DNA of 64,000 nt from an uncultured Poribacteria bacterium (GTDB lineage: Bacteria > Poribacteria > WGA-4E > WGA-3G). Shown here one piece after another: positions 1 through 9,608 of this stretch. Under the pieces are notes generated by a model. That model was given only the letters and a program-made list of their open reading frames with translations, did not search any database and was not told the DNA's origin. Every line of letters begins with the position of its first letter. Within the stretch, counting starts at the first letter, position 1. The stretch is from the NCBI GenBank assembly GCA_958296135.2, contig CATQHZ020000001.1, positions 3,424,001 to 3,488,000 on the forward strand, in the 5' to 3' direction. A program made the translations under genes and the position numbers.

Positions 1-64
1 TCTCACACCGCGCTCACAAACCTCAATACGCACGCATTGGACGCGCGCTTGAGGCAAGGGCTAC

Positions 65-760
65 TCAGTCACTCAGGAGTGTGTTGATGTCTCTGCGAAG
101 ACGCAACAGCGCGGGTTTGCTCCGACTATCGTAGCGGCCGTGGATTTTGCCATCCGGCGTGACGAGGACAAACCGTGTGCTGTGTAATAGTTCGCTTCCG
201 TTGTGTCCCGCGGCTAAGCTGAACCCATCCTTGGCCAACTGATAGATGCGTTCCTTTTCGCCTGTCAGGAAATGCCAGCGTCTCTCATCCGCACCGTACT
301 GCGCCGCATAACGGGCGAGGACCTCGGGGGTATCGCGCTCCGCATCTACCGAAAACGAAACGAAGTAGACAGGCTCCGCCACAAAATCGGATTGCAAGCG
401 CGCCATTTCCAGCGTCATCGTCGGGCAAATTGTCGGGCAATGCGTGAAAATGAAATCCGCCACCCAGATTTTGCCACCGAGGTCTGCTAACCGCAGCGGC
501 TGTCCCTGCTGGTTCGTCAAGGCGAAGTCCGGGAGCCGCGCGGGTAACGGTTGATTTGCATCGCCGCCCGTTTTAGGCATTGATGCCGGGCGTTTGTCAA
601 ACATCGCCCATAAATTGATGCCCGCGATGCCGATGATGACAAGCCCTAATAGCCCCCACAGCAGCGTGCTTTTGTTAAGTTTGCGCCGGTCGCTTTCGTT
701 GGATAAACTCATCTGTTTCTGCCTACGCCTACGCGGCGCATTAATGGGACGTATTGACAA
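65..760 (-). CDS. SCO1/SenC copper chaperone for CuA assembly
   Basis: N-terminal TM helix, FIFTHCPTICP (CxxxC) and distal His (LLHSTRF); last gene of the oxidase operon. Confidence 0.93.
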   Translation of the reverse strand: MSIRPINAPRRRRQKQMSLSNESDRRKLNKSTLLWGLLGLVIIGIAGINLWAMFDKRPASMPKTGGDANQPLPARLPDFALTNQQGQPLRLADLGGKIWVADFIFTHCPTICPTMTLEMARLQSDFVAEPVYFVSFSVDAERDTPEVLARYAAQYGADERRWHFLTGEKERIYQLAKDGFSLAAGHNGSELLHSTRFVLVTPDGKIHGRYDSRSKPALLRLRRDINTLLSD

Positions 761-1073
761 CTTCCGCCGCGGGTTTTAGCCCCTCGTACCGCGAGGCCGC
801 CGTGAGGTCGGGCATCAGCATGAAGACGAGGAAAACGCAAATAAGAAACGGCGTTATCACGATGAGTGCCAACGTCTTCCGCTCAAACTTCAAGTGCATG
901 AAATAGTTAGCAACCAAAATCGCTTTGCCGCATGCCAATCCGATGAGCAAGATAGCCTTAAGCACTGTAGCATAGTCAGGTATTGCCACAGCCACTTCAA
1001 CGATGGTGAGCCCCAGAAGCCACCAGAAAATATTCAGGTATTTCGGATGCTCTTTGTGATGTGTTCCTGCCAT
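741..1073 (-). CDS. Cytochrome c oxidase subunit IV family protein
   Basis: Three TM helices, KAILVANYFMHLKFE motif, adjacent to subunit III. Confidence 0.88.
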   Translation of the reverse strand: MAGTHHKEHPKYLNIFWWLLGLTIVEVAVAIPDYATVLKAILLIGLACGKAILVANYFMHLKFERKTLALIVITPFLICVFLVFMLMPDLTAASRYEGLKPAAEVVNTSH

Positions 1074-1115
1074 TTTTAAGTACCTCCTAAAGAGTGCCGC
1101 GATCCAAGACCGCGC

Positions 1116-1766
1116 CTACAGTAGATAGATGAAGGTAAAAACCATAATCCAAATCAGGTCGACGAAGTGCCAATAGAGCCCGACGATTTCCACCTCATGG
1201 TTAAACTCGGCCGTATACCGACCGCGCAACCCGTGGATGAGGATAACGATGAGATAGATGACACCGCCTGTGACATGCAACCCGTGAAACCCCGTGATGG
1301 TATAGAAGGCAGGCCCGAAAAGCGTTGAACCGCTAATAGCCGCCCCCGACAACCCGTGATGCGGGATTTCGGTTAACGTCAACCCGTGCTTGATGAGCGC
1401 GCTCCATTCATACACCTGCAGGCCGAGGAAGATGACTCCACCCGCGATAGTCAGCCCGAGGAAGGTGCACATTCTTGAAACGTTGCCGTTCTGAATGGAC
1501 TCCAGAGCCTTGACCATGGTGACGCTACTGCAAATCAGCAGAAACGTCATAAACGCGGTCAGATTGATGCCGAGTATTTCGCTCGGCGGTACCCAGCCTA
1601 TCGCGCCGGCACCTACCCGGACGGCCGCGTATACCGCCAGCAATGCCCCGAACGACATGGTATCCCCAACGAGGAAAATCCACATGCCGAGCTTGCCGAG
1701 GCTATCCGGCGTAAGCGACGGCTCGTATATGTCTTCAGTATGTTCTAACGTGGTAGCGTGTTCCAC
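1116..1766 (-). CDS. ctaE: Heme-copper oxidase subunit III
   Basis: GMWIFL, TGFHGLHV and LYWHFVD motifs. Confidence 0.93.
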   Translation of the reverse strand: MEHATTLEHTEDIYEPSLTPDSLGKLGMWIFLVGDTMSFGALLAVYAAVRVGAGAIGWVPPSEILGINLTAFMTFLLICSSVTMVKALESIQNGNVSRMCTFLGLTIAGGVIFLGLQVYEWSALIKHGLTLTEIPHHGLSGAAISGSTLFGPAFYTITGFHGLHVTGGVIYLIVILIHGLRGRYTAEFNHEVEIVGLYWHFVDLIWIMVFTFIYLL

Positions 1767-1852
1767 TCGATTTAACTCCTTTCATTTGCATATTAACACA
1801 CATCGGATTTCAAATCCAACCTATTCGATCCAACGCAGAGCGACTACATTCT

Positions 1853-1990
1853 CCCCGGTAGGAGAGCCCTCCCGGTCTCGATGTCCTCCTCCCGGTCTTG
1901 ATGTCCCCCTATAGGAGAGACCTCCTCCCCAGTAGGAGAGACCTCCCGGTCTCGATACTCCCCGGTAGGAGAGCCCTCCCGGTCTCGATA
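1853..1990. repeat. Cluster of REP-like units GTAGGAGAG(A/C)CCTCCCGGTCTCGAT
   Basis: About four full or partial tandem copies; the same unit recurs near 8764, 30782, 43723 and 49355-49960. Confidence 0.9.
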
Positions 1991-2020
1991 CTGAATCCCT
2001 CTGCATCCAACGCGAGGCGG

Positions 2021-2254
2021 TTAAGACGAACCCATTCTATCCCGGTTTTTGCTTGCGCGCCGGTAATGATAGAAAACACTTCCGCCTATGAGCGCGACAA
2101 TGGTAAAGGGCATCGCCATCATGAAGAAGATGCTGGAATTAAAACCTCTTCCGATGGGTTCCTTCAAGTCTTTGCAAGCGGGACATGCCTCAACGCACGT
2201 CGGCGCAATCAGCACGACAAGCATCAGGACAGTTCCCCAAAAGATGAATCGCAT
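2021..2254 (-). CDS. Small membrane protein with CPAC motif (oxidase-associated)
   Basis: Signal-like N-terminus, ACPACK, C-terminal TM helix; lies within the oxidase operon. Confidence 0.7.
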   Translation of the reverse strand: MRFIFWGTVLMLVVLIAPTCVEACPACKDLKEPIGRGFNSSIFFMMAMPFTIVALIGGSVFYHYRRASKNRDRMGSS

Positions 2255-2299
2255 AAAGGTCTCCTATAAGGGCGGATGTCTCTATCCGCCCATCGCCCC

Positions 2300-2896
2300 C
2301 TAGGCGAGATATACCAAAACGTAAAGAATCGGCCAAAGCGCGACGACAAAAATCCAATAGATAGCGCAAGTCTCAACGCCGATGTGACGCGACGCGGCAA
2401 ACCTTCCTGACACCGCCATTCCAAGCACGATGAACAGCCAAATGACTGCGCCAATCACATGCACCGCGTGGCACCCGAGTAGCACATAAAAGATGCCGCC
2501 GTAGACACCTGACTGAAGTGTCATACCACTGCGTATCAATTGCGCCCATTCGCTTCCCTGGACACCGAGGAAGAGCACGCCTAACGCCCCAGTGAGCAGC
2601 AGCCAATTGCGGAGTTGCTTCACCCGGTCCTTCTGAATTGCGCGGAGTGCCTGAAACATCGTGTAGCCGCTCAGGAGCAACAGTGCGGTATTGATGCCGG
2701 TCACCGCGCGGGGCAGCTGGATGTCAATATGCGATGGCGGCGGCCAAGTGACGTTCCCCATCCGAAAGACGAGAAACGCGCCGATAAGCCCGGAAAACAG
2801 CATCATCTCCGCGCCGAGCAGGACTAAGATGCCTAGTCGGGCGTTGCTCATCGGACGAACATCCTGCGGCAGTCTGTCCGGTGTATCACGTAACAT
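2300..2896 (-). CDS. ctaE: Heme-copper oxidase subunit III, second copy
   Basis: LGAEMMLF, GCHAVHV, IYWIFV; five TM helices. Confidence 0.9.
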   Translation of the reverse strand: MLRDTPDRLPQDVRPMSNARLGILVLLGAEMMLFSGLIGAFLVFRMGNVTWPPPSHIDIQLPRAVTGINTALLLLSGYTMFQALRAIQKDRVKQLRNWLLLTGALGVLFLGVQGSEWAQLIRSGMTLQSGVYGGIFYVLLGCHAVHVIGAVIWLFIVLGMAVSGRFAASRHIGVETCAIYWIFVVALWPILYVLVYLA

Positions 2897-2907
2897 CAGG
2901 GCCCTCC

Positions 2908-3018
2908 TCAGCCGCCACGGATAATCGCCACCGTCGCGACGATAACCAGGACCACGAACACTAAAAACAGCGTGATGCCGAGGCGGCGATTTCGGGTGCG
3001 ATTGTCGGGTGTATTCAT
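2908..3018 (-). CDS. 36-aa single-TM small protein (not in ORF track)
   Basis: Translates MNTPDNRTRNRRLGITLFLVFVVLVIVATVAIIRGG*; ATG 1 nt after the ctaB stop; fills the gap before the next RBS. Confidence 0.7.
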   Translation of the reverse strand: MNTPDNRTRNRRLGITLFLVFVVLVIVATVAIIRGG

Positions 3019-3019
3019 G

Positions 3020-3982
3020 TTAAACCTTATCCAATGCCATCGTGATAAAAATTATCGGCAGATAAAGCAGCGATGCGTATAACAGATACCGTGCCGCTTG
3101 CACCGAACGCGCAACGCCTAAATAGATGCCGAACGCCAGAAACGCTAATCCCGACAGCAGTGCTATCAAAAAATAGATACCGCCGGCGATGCTGAGCAGC
3201 GCGGGGAGTAAGCCCATCGCAAGCAGCGCGACACAGTTAATCACAATCTGCCGCCGCGTGCTCGCGCCATCAGGGTGGATGACCGGCAGTAACCGAAGTC
3301 CGGCCTTTGCGTAGTCCTCGCGGTAGATATAGGCAATCGCCAGCGAGTGCGGGAGTTGCCACAAAAAGAGAATCGCGAACAGCACCCATGCCTCCGCCGT
3401 CACCGTCCCGCGGGCCGCCGCCCAACCGACGACAGGCGGCAATGCACCCGGCACCGCACCGATAAGCGTGCAGAGCGACGTTTTCCGTTTGAGCGGCGTG
3501 TAGAGAAACAGATAGCTCGCCACAATGAGCGAAATAACTAACCCGCTTAGCGGATTCACGATGAACGTCAGATAAAGCATCCCACCGCCGGTAAGCATCA
3601 CACCGAAAAGCAGTGCTACTAGCGGGAGCATCCTACCCCCTGGAAGCGGTCTGTCCTGTGTCCGCTTCATCTGCGCGTCAATATCGCGCTCAAGATATTG
3701 GTTCAACCCCAACACACCGGCGGCCGTCAAACCCGAGCCGATGAGGGTATGCAGGCAGCGCAGCCACTGAACAAGCTGTTGCGAACCGATATAGAAACCG
3801 GCCGCTGTCGTGATGAGTATCATCAAGACTAACCGCGGTTTGACGAGCGCAATGAAATCCGTTGCGCGGCCCAACGCGAGCGTGCTGCGCGCAGGAGGGC
3901 GCGTGGGTTCATCTACCTGATTTGCTAAATCCGCTGGTGTGGCGCGCATAATGGTTCTTCCGTTTTGCGGCTGTTTTCTCAA
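3020..3982 (-). CDS. ctaB: Protoheme IX farnesyltransferase (heme O synthase)
   Basis: LVKPR, NQYLERDIDAQMKRTQDRPLP, YTPLKR, WQLPH motifs; the true start may be slightly downstream. Confidence 0.95.
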   Translation of the reverse strand: MRKQPQNGRTIMRATPADLANQVDEPTRPPARSTLALGRATDFIALVKPRLVLMILITTAAGFYIGSQQLVQWLRCLHTLIGSGLTAAGVLGLNQYLERDIDAQMKRTQDRPLPGGRMLPLVALLFGVMLTGGGMLYLTFIVNPLSGLVISLIVASYLFLYTPLKRKTSLCTLIGAVPGALPPVVGWAAARGTVTAEAWVLFAILFLWQLPHSLAIAYIYREDYAKAGLRLLPVIHPDGASTRRQIVINCVALLAMGLLPALLSIAGGIYFLIALLSGLAFLAFGIYLGVARSVQAARYLLYASLLYLPIIFITMALDKV

Positions 3983-4941
3983 ACGAGCTCTCCGTGGGCC
4001 GGCGTAGCGGGGGCCTCAGTCGTTGGCACGGCTGTGTGCCAGTAAATCTTCAAGGTTAACACGAAACTGGTAACCAGCATCAGCGCGCCGACTGCCACAT
4101 GTCCGGTCGTCATCGTTACCGTGAGCCATGTGGACACCGTTGCGCCGAACGCGGTGAGTTTCACAAAAAACGCCCCGGTGCCGAGCATGAGCTGGACAGC
4201 CAAGAGTCCCACTAATACGGTAGGTTCGCTTTTGAGAGGCGTTGCAGCTTCTGCCTGCCATATCCGCCTCGCCAAAAGGAACGTATGGAGTGCCACCAAA
4301 AAGGCGAACAGGAGGTGCGCATCCAATCGATTCCCGGTGTGTCGCAAAATCGCGCCAAAAATCAGTTGGACATAAATCAGGCACGTCGTTATCAGGCTTA
4401 ACCGCCGTAACTTACGTCCCTCTCCAACAGACGCGCCCTGTTGCTCCCCGGTAGGCGCGCTTTCCAAGCGCGCTTCGCGGGATGTCCACCACGCAATTCC
4501 ACACAGCAAGGCGAAAAACGCCTGCGCGAGACAAGCATGCACTATCGCGAGGACAAGCGAGAGCTGCGTCACCCGAAGGCCGCCGAGGATTCCTTGCACA
4601 ATCACGCCGATTAAGGCGAGCAAACCGAGCCATCGGAGCCACGTGCGCGAGTCTTTCACCCATACCATAATGAAGAGCCCTACCGTCAACAGCCCAACGA
4701 GCGAGCCCATGAGTCGGTGACTATGCTCATAAAGCACGCCGCCCACCATCTCCGACAACGGATACAGGAACATGTTGTAGCCAAACGTCGTCGGCCAATC
4801 GGGGACAGCCAGGCCGGATTCGGTGCTAGTGACAATGCCGCCGATGACAATCAGCAGGAAGGTTGCGCCCACCGCGAGGCGTGCGAACCGATGCAGCCAC
4901 GGGCTATAAGGGTTTTCTGCTGTCTGCGCGTGCGTTTTCAT
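3979..4941 (-). CDS. ctaA: Heme A synthase (COX15/CtaA)
   Basis: SGLAVPDWP, EHSHR and further TM histidines. Confidence 0.92.
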   Translation of the reverse strand: MKTHAQTAENPYSPWLHRFARLAVGATFLLIVIGGIVTSTESGLAVPDWPTTFGYNMFLYPLSEMVGGVLYEHSHRLMGSLVGLLTVGLFIMVWVKDSRTWLRWLGLLALIGVIVQGILGGLRVTQLSLVLAIVHACLAQAFFALLCGIAWWTSREARLESAPTGEQQGASVGEGRKLRRLSLITTCLIYVQLIFGAILRHTGNRLDAHLLFAFLVALHTFLLARRIWQAEAATPLKSEPTVLVGLLAVQLMLGTGAFFVKLTAFGATVSTWLTVTMTTGHVAVGALMLVTSFVLTLKIYWHTAVPTTEAPATPAHGELV

Positions 4942-4993
4942 AGAGGTACTCTATAGTGCGGATGGATATAGAAAGCCACCCTTACAAAAACCT

Positions 4994-6820
4994 TTAATCT
5001 CCACCCGTCGCATGTGCATGCTCAGGTTGCGCTTGCGGAATCCAATCCGATTCTTCACCCGGCACACTGTATTCATACGGGCCACGGTAGACAGTCGGGA
5101 CCTGCCCAACAAAATTGCCGTGCGGCACCGGTGTCGGTGCTTCCCATTCCAGCGTGTTGACATGCCACGGATTCTTCTCTGCAACTTTGCCGCGCGACAT
5201 ACTCCAGAAGAAGTTGAACACCAAGATAAGCTGCGCCGCACCCAGCGTGAACGCGCTCATCGTGATAAAGATGTTCATCCCTTCAAATCCTTGCAGGAAT
5301 TCATACTGCATCGGGTTGGAGATACGCCGCATGTGCCCACCGACACCGAGAATGTGCATCGGGAAGAAAGTACAGTTGAACGCCACGAACGTCAACCAAA
5401 AATGGATTTTGTTCAACACGTCGTTCATGTAGCGGCCATACATTTTCGGGAACCAGAAGATAATTCCGCCGAAGATAGCGAACAAACTCCCGCCGAAGAC
5501 AACGTAGTGGATATGCGCGACGATGTAGTAGGTATCGTGGATGAAGATGTCCACCGGCGTGTTCGCCATATAGATACCGCTCAACCCGCCGATCACAAAC
5601 ATTGAGACAAAGGCGATGGCGTGAAGCATCGGGGACGTAAAACGGATCGAACCTTTGAACATCGTGCCGAGCCAGTTAAACGTCTTAATCGCCGACGGCA
5701 CCGCGATGAGCATCGTCGTCGTCATGAACGCCGAACCTAAAACCGGTTGCATCCCACTTTGGAACATGTGGTGTCCCCAGACAATCCACCCTAAAAACGC
5801 AATCGCAATCATCGCGTATACCATGGAGCGGTAACCGAAAATCGGCTTCCGTGAAAACACGGGAACCAATTCGGATGCGATGCCCATCCCCGGTAAAATG
5901 AGGATGTAGACTTCGGGATGTCCGAAGAACCAGAACAAATGCTGCCAGAGCAGCGGATCCCCCCCACCTTCAGCCGTCGCCGTGAAGAATGTCGTTCCGG
6001 CAAGCCTATCAAAGATGAGGAGTGCCAACGCAGAGGAAAGCACCGGAAATGCAAGCAGCAGTAGAATCGCGACGATGAACAGGGACCAGATGACCAGGGG
6101 CATCCGGAACAACGTCATCCCCGGGGCCCGCATGTTGATAATCGTCGTGATGTAGTTAATCGAACCGACTAACGATGAGAAGCCCTGAATGAGCAAGCTA
6201 ATTGCCCAGAGGTTTTGCCCCCATTCAACGCCTGTCCACTGCGGGTCCGACGAGAGCGGCGCGTAGCCTGTCCAGCCCGCTGCAGCGTGGCCACCGGGAA
6301 CGAAAAACCCAATTGCCATGATAATCGCTGCCAGCACGGCAAGCCAGAAGGATAGCATGTTCAGGATAGGAAACGCCATGTCCCGCGTGCCAATCATGAG
6401 CGGGATGAGGAAATTACCGAACGCGCCAACTAAAATCGGCACGACGACAAAGAATACCATGATAGTGGCGTGCATCGTAAACAGCATGTTGTAAAACGCC
6501 GGCTCGATGACACCGTTCGGCATGTTTGCCTCAAGCCATTCTTCCTCTTCGGACTCGTAGATGCGCTCCCACATTTTGTCGGCACCTGTGACGACTTCGC
6601 CGTCCTCAAGGTATTGTGGTGAGGCACCGATGATAGGTACCGGTCTTTCCGGATAAGCGAGCTGCCACCGAAACATCAGTGCAAGCCCGCCGCCGACGAA
6701 GAACATTATCAGCCCGTAAATGAGGAACTGCTTGCCGATAGTCTTGTGGTCCAACGAGAAGATATATTTGCGAATAAAACTTTCTTCGTGATGATGTGAC
6801 GCATGTTCGTTATCGTGCAT
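4994..6820 (-). CDS. ctaD: Cytochrome c oxidase subunit I, A1 type
   Basis: DHKTIG, WFFGHPEVY, WGHHM, AHIHY ligands; GHPEV is the A1 signature. Confidence 0.97.
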   Translation of the reverse strand: MHDNEHASHHHEESFIRKYIFSLDHKTIGKQFLIYGLIMFFVGGGLALMFRWQLAYPERPVPIIGASPQYLEDGEVVTGADKMWERIYESEEEEWLEANMPNGVIEPAFYNMLFTMHATIMVFFVVVPILVGAFGNFLIPLMIGTRDMAFPILNMLSFWLAVLAAIIMAIGFFVPGGHAAAGWTGYAPLSSDPQWTGVEWGQNLWAISLLIQGFSSLVGSINYITTIINMRAPGMTLFRMPLVIWSLFIVAILLLLAFPVLSSALALLIFDRLAGTTFFTATAEGGGDPLLWQHLFWFFGHPEVYILILPGMGIASELVPVFSRKPIFGYRSMVYAMIAIAFLGWIVWGHHMFQSGMQPVLGSAFMTTTMLIAVPSAIKTFNWLGTMFKGSIRFTSPMLHAIAFVSMFVIGGLSGIYMANTPVDIFIHDTYYIVAHIHYVVFGGSLFAIFGGIIFWFPKMYGRYMNDVLNKIHFWLTFVAFNCTFFPMHILGVGGHMRRISNPMQYEFLQGFEGMNIFITMSAFTLGAAQLILVFNFFWSMSRGKVAEKNPWHVNTLEWEAPTPVPHGNFVGQVPTVYRGPYEYSVPGEESDWIPQAQPEHAHATGGD

Positions 6821-6935
6821 CGTTATTTTTCTCCCTTCATCATAGTACCGGAGGGCGAGGGAATTTTCCTGCGTCTCTTGGCCCTCGCCGTGCCGCGACG
6901 TATCGAAAAATCGCCCCGGCCCAGTCGTCCGGCAC

Positions 6936-7601
6936 CTACTGAGGCCACCGTTCCTTCACCCAGGCATCGTAGTCTGCCTGCGAATGAACATTGAGGTACC
7001 CGAGCATCCCAGAGTGCCCGAAGCCGCACAGTTCTGCGCACGGAATTTCATACCGCCCCGCCTTTGTCGCCTCAAACCAGACATTGATAAACCGATTCGG
7101 CAGCGCGTCCTGTTTCAGCCGCAACTGCGGTACAAAAAAACTATGGATGACATCCACCGAGGTCAAGCGGATATGCACGACAGCGTTGACCGGCACATGC
7201 AATTGGTTTTCCAATTCCAAGTCATCGGCTGTCCCGAATTCATTGTCCGGGCCGGGATACGTCATATCCCAGTTGAACTGTTTGCCACTGACTTGGACGA
7301 GAACTTCTGGATTCTCGGGAAACTCGTTCGGTGATTTGATCTTGTTCCAGTGGGGATAACTGAGCATCGCGAGCCCAAACACAATCACCGTCGTCGCCGC
7401 TGTCCAGACGATTTCCAGCGTCGTGCTCCCCTCAATGTAACTTGCCTTTTGCCCTTCCCGATGCCGATATTTGATCAGGAAGGTGATAAGCGTTCCCATC
7501 ACGAGGATGAAGACAACGAGCGTAATATAATAAATGATATAGAAGAGGGTATCAACACTCTGCCCGAACGTTGATACGTTTTCTGGAAGCCATTGAAGCA
7601 T
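6936..7601 (-). CDS. ctaC: Cytochrome c oxidase subunit II (CuA, no fused cytochrome c)
   Basis: Two TM helices, DVIHSF, CAELCGFGHSGM. Confidence 0.96.
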   Translation of the reverse strand: MLQWLPENVSTFGQSVDTLFYIIYYITLVVFILVMGTLITFLIKYRHREGQKASYIEGSTTLEIVWTAATTVIVFGLAMLSYPHWNKIKSPNEFPENPEVLVQVSGKQFNWDMTYPGPDNEFGTADDLELENQLHVPVNAVVHIRLTSVDVIHSFFVPQLRLKQDALPNRFINVWFEATKAGRYEIPCAELCGFGHSGMLGYLNVHSQADYDAWVKERWPQ

Positions 7602-7738
7602 TCAGTCCTCCTTATTTTTTCTTCTGTATCGGCGTAAAGCGTTTGATACCACATCAAGTTGATTTGTCCCGCCTCTGTTTGGGATTAGGCGAGCCCAAAC
7701 TATAGCGGTTAATACACGCTTTGTGCCAATATCAAAAT

Positions 7739-8518
7739 TTAATCGACTTGTGAAGAAGCCGTCAACGTCGCGCCCCCGTATGTTAAAACACAAAAAAGTG
7801 ATGTGATCAGCACAGAAAGCGTCAACGAAGACTCATCGCCGACTGCGCTTCCAGTATCAAAATAGAGGCATTGCCGGAACGCGGCGAGCCCATACGTTAA
7901 CGGATTCAGTTTCATCGCCCAGGCTAGCCACCCCGGCACCCCGGCACTTGGGAAGAATGCGCCCGACAGCAGCCAAATCGGAATCAACAGTAGGTTCATG
8001 AGTGCATGAAACCCCTGCGTTGAGTCCATTCGCCACGCAATCAGCAGTCCGAGGTTTGTCAAACCAAACGCCAAGAGTGCCATCAAGCCCACGGTGAAGA
8101 GCACGGATGCAACGCCGAGTCGGATACCTACGAAGGGTGCCAGAGTTAGCAGCAGCACCCCTTGCAAGAGTGCCAACGTTGTTCCGCCTAAAGCTTGTCC
8201 AAGGACGATGTGCCAACGTGGCACCGGTGAAACGAGCACGCCTTGCAAGAAGCCTTCGCGCCGGTCGTTCACAACAGATATTGTCGCGAAAATCGCAGTA
8301 AAAAGCAACACTAAAACGACGATGCCGGGATAAAAGTATTCAACGTAGCCCGTATCCGAAGTCCCAGCAGGTTGAAACGAAGCACTCAGCCCACTCCCGA
8401 TGAGGAGCCAAAACACCAACGGTTGCGCGATAGCACTGAAGAGCCGGCTCCGCTGACGATAAAATCGAACGATTTCACGCCACCATATTGTAGATACGGG
8501 CAGCAAAACCTTCAGCAC
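7739..8518 (-). CDS. ABC-2 type transporter permease
   Basis: Six TM helices, DRREGFLQGVLVSPV, LSGAFFP, NPLTY. Confidence 0.92.
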   Translation of the reverse strand: MLKVLLPVSTIWWREIVRFYRQRSRLFSAIAQPLVFWLLIGSGLSASFQPAGTSDTGYVEYFYPGIVVLVLLFTAIFATISVVNDRREGFLQGVLVSPVPRWHIVLGQALGGTTLALLQGVLLLTLAPFVGIRLGVASVLFTVGLMALLAFGLTNLGLLIAWRMDSTQGFHALMNLLLIPIWLLSGAFFPSAGVPGWLAWAMKLNPLTYGLAAFRQCLYFDTGSAVGDESSLTLSVLITSLFCVLTYGGATLTASSQVD

Positions 8519-8530
8519 AACGTTGTTCCT

Positions 8531-9547
8531 CTACTCAAACCGATTTCCTGTCAATTTGATGAACACATCCTCAAGCGTCGGTTTCCCAAACCGCACCGCC
8601 TGAATCTCATCAGGAAACGCGGTAACCACATCCTTGACAAACTCGTGTCCCCGTTCACATTCAACGCGCAAGTCACTATCGGAATTGCTCAGACAGATGT
8701 CTATATCTGTCCACCGCTCAGCAATCGCATCGCGAAGCGTCTCCACACAGGAACCGCCCCTTATAGGAGAGCCCTCCCGGTCCCGATGCATCCCCTTTGT
8801 GCATTCTATCAGCACGACATCGCCGCCGATTTGCGCCTTCAGTGCCTCAGGCGTGCCGAGGGCGACAAGCCGCCCCGCATCCAGAATGCCAACGCGGGTG
8901 CATGCTTCCGCCTCATCCAAGAGATGCGTTGTCAACAGAACGAGAATGTCTTCTGTCTCCGCGAGGGTTTGCAGGTAAGCGCGCAATTGCCGCCGCGCTC
9001 CCACATCCAACCCACTGCTCGGTTCGTCAAGGAGCAGGACGCGCGGGGAATGCACCATCGCTTTTGCAATCTCAACACGCCGTTGCAAGCCGCCCGACAA
9101 CACCTCCACGCTTTCATCTGTCCTGTCCGCCACGCCGAAGCGTTCAAGGAGTTCAACAATCCGGGCGCGTAAACGTTTGCCAGTAAGCCCGTAGAGATGT
9201 CCCTGATGCAGCAAATTCTCGCGCACTGTGAGCTTGGAATCTAACCCTGGGTGTTGGAAAACAACGCCTAAGAGTTCCCGAATTGCTCTTGCCTCGGTAG
9301 CAGACAGATATAGAAATCTGTCCCTACGCTCTGCCGTTAACTCATGGCCGAGGATGCTCACGCGACCGGCCGTTGGCCGCAGCAGCGTTGACAGAATTCT
9401 AAACAGGGTAGTCTTTCCACAGCCATTCGGGCCGAGGATGCCGAAAACCTCGCCGCTTGCCACGGTAAAACTCACCTTGTCTAGCGCGCGCCGTGTACCA
9501 TAATCGTGCGACAGATTTTCGACATCAATGTTGCCAGCCATAAACAA
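8531..9547 (-). CDS. ABC transporter ATP-binding protein (DrrA-like) carrying REP-derived in-frame segments
   Basis: Walker A GPNGCGKTT, LSGG, LLLDEP, TTH, C-terminal PTLEDVF. Confidence 0.95.
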   Translation of the reverse strand: MFMAGNIDVENLSHDYGTRRALDKVSFTVASGEVFGILGPNGCGKTTLFRILSTLLRPTAGRVSILGHELTAERRDRFLYLSATEARAIRELLGVVFQHPGLDSKLTVRENLLHQGHLYGLTGKRLRARIVELLERFGVADRTDESVEVLSGGLQRRVEIAKAMVHSPRVLLLDEPSSGLDVGARRQLRAYLQTLAETEDILVLLTTHLLDEAEACTRVGILDAGRLVALGTPEALKAQIGGDVVLIECTKGMHRDREGSPIRGGSCVETLRDAIAERWTDIDICLSNSDSDLRVECERGHEFVKDVVTAFPDEIQAVRFGKPTLEDVFIKLTGNRFE

Positions 9548-9558
9548 CTCAAAACGGC

Positions 9559-9605
9559 CCCGGTAGGCGCGGTTTCCAACCGCGCGTGCTCGCGCGCCTA
9601 CCGGG
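9559..9605. repeat. Inverted REP-like doublet (GTAGGCGCGGTTTCCAACCGCGC family)
   Basis: CCCGGTAGGCGCG...CGCGCCTACCGGG; related copies near 4451, 10427, 17499, 52168 and 53577. Confidence 0.8.
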
Positions 9606-9608
9606 AAC

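Noticed and set aside
6823-7041. 72-aa ORF between ctaC and ctaD
   Set aside because: It overlaps ctaC and runs through a GGGCGAGGG/CCCTCGCC palindrome; its Arg-rich composition looks non-coding
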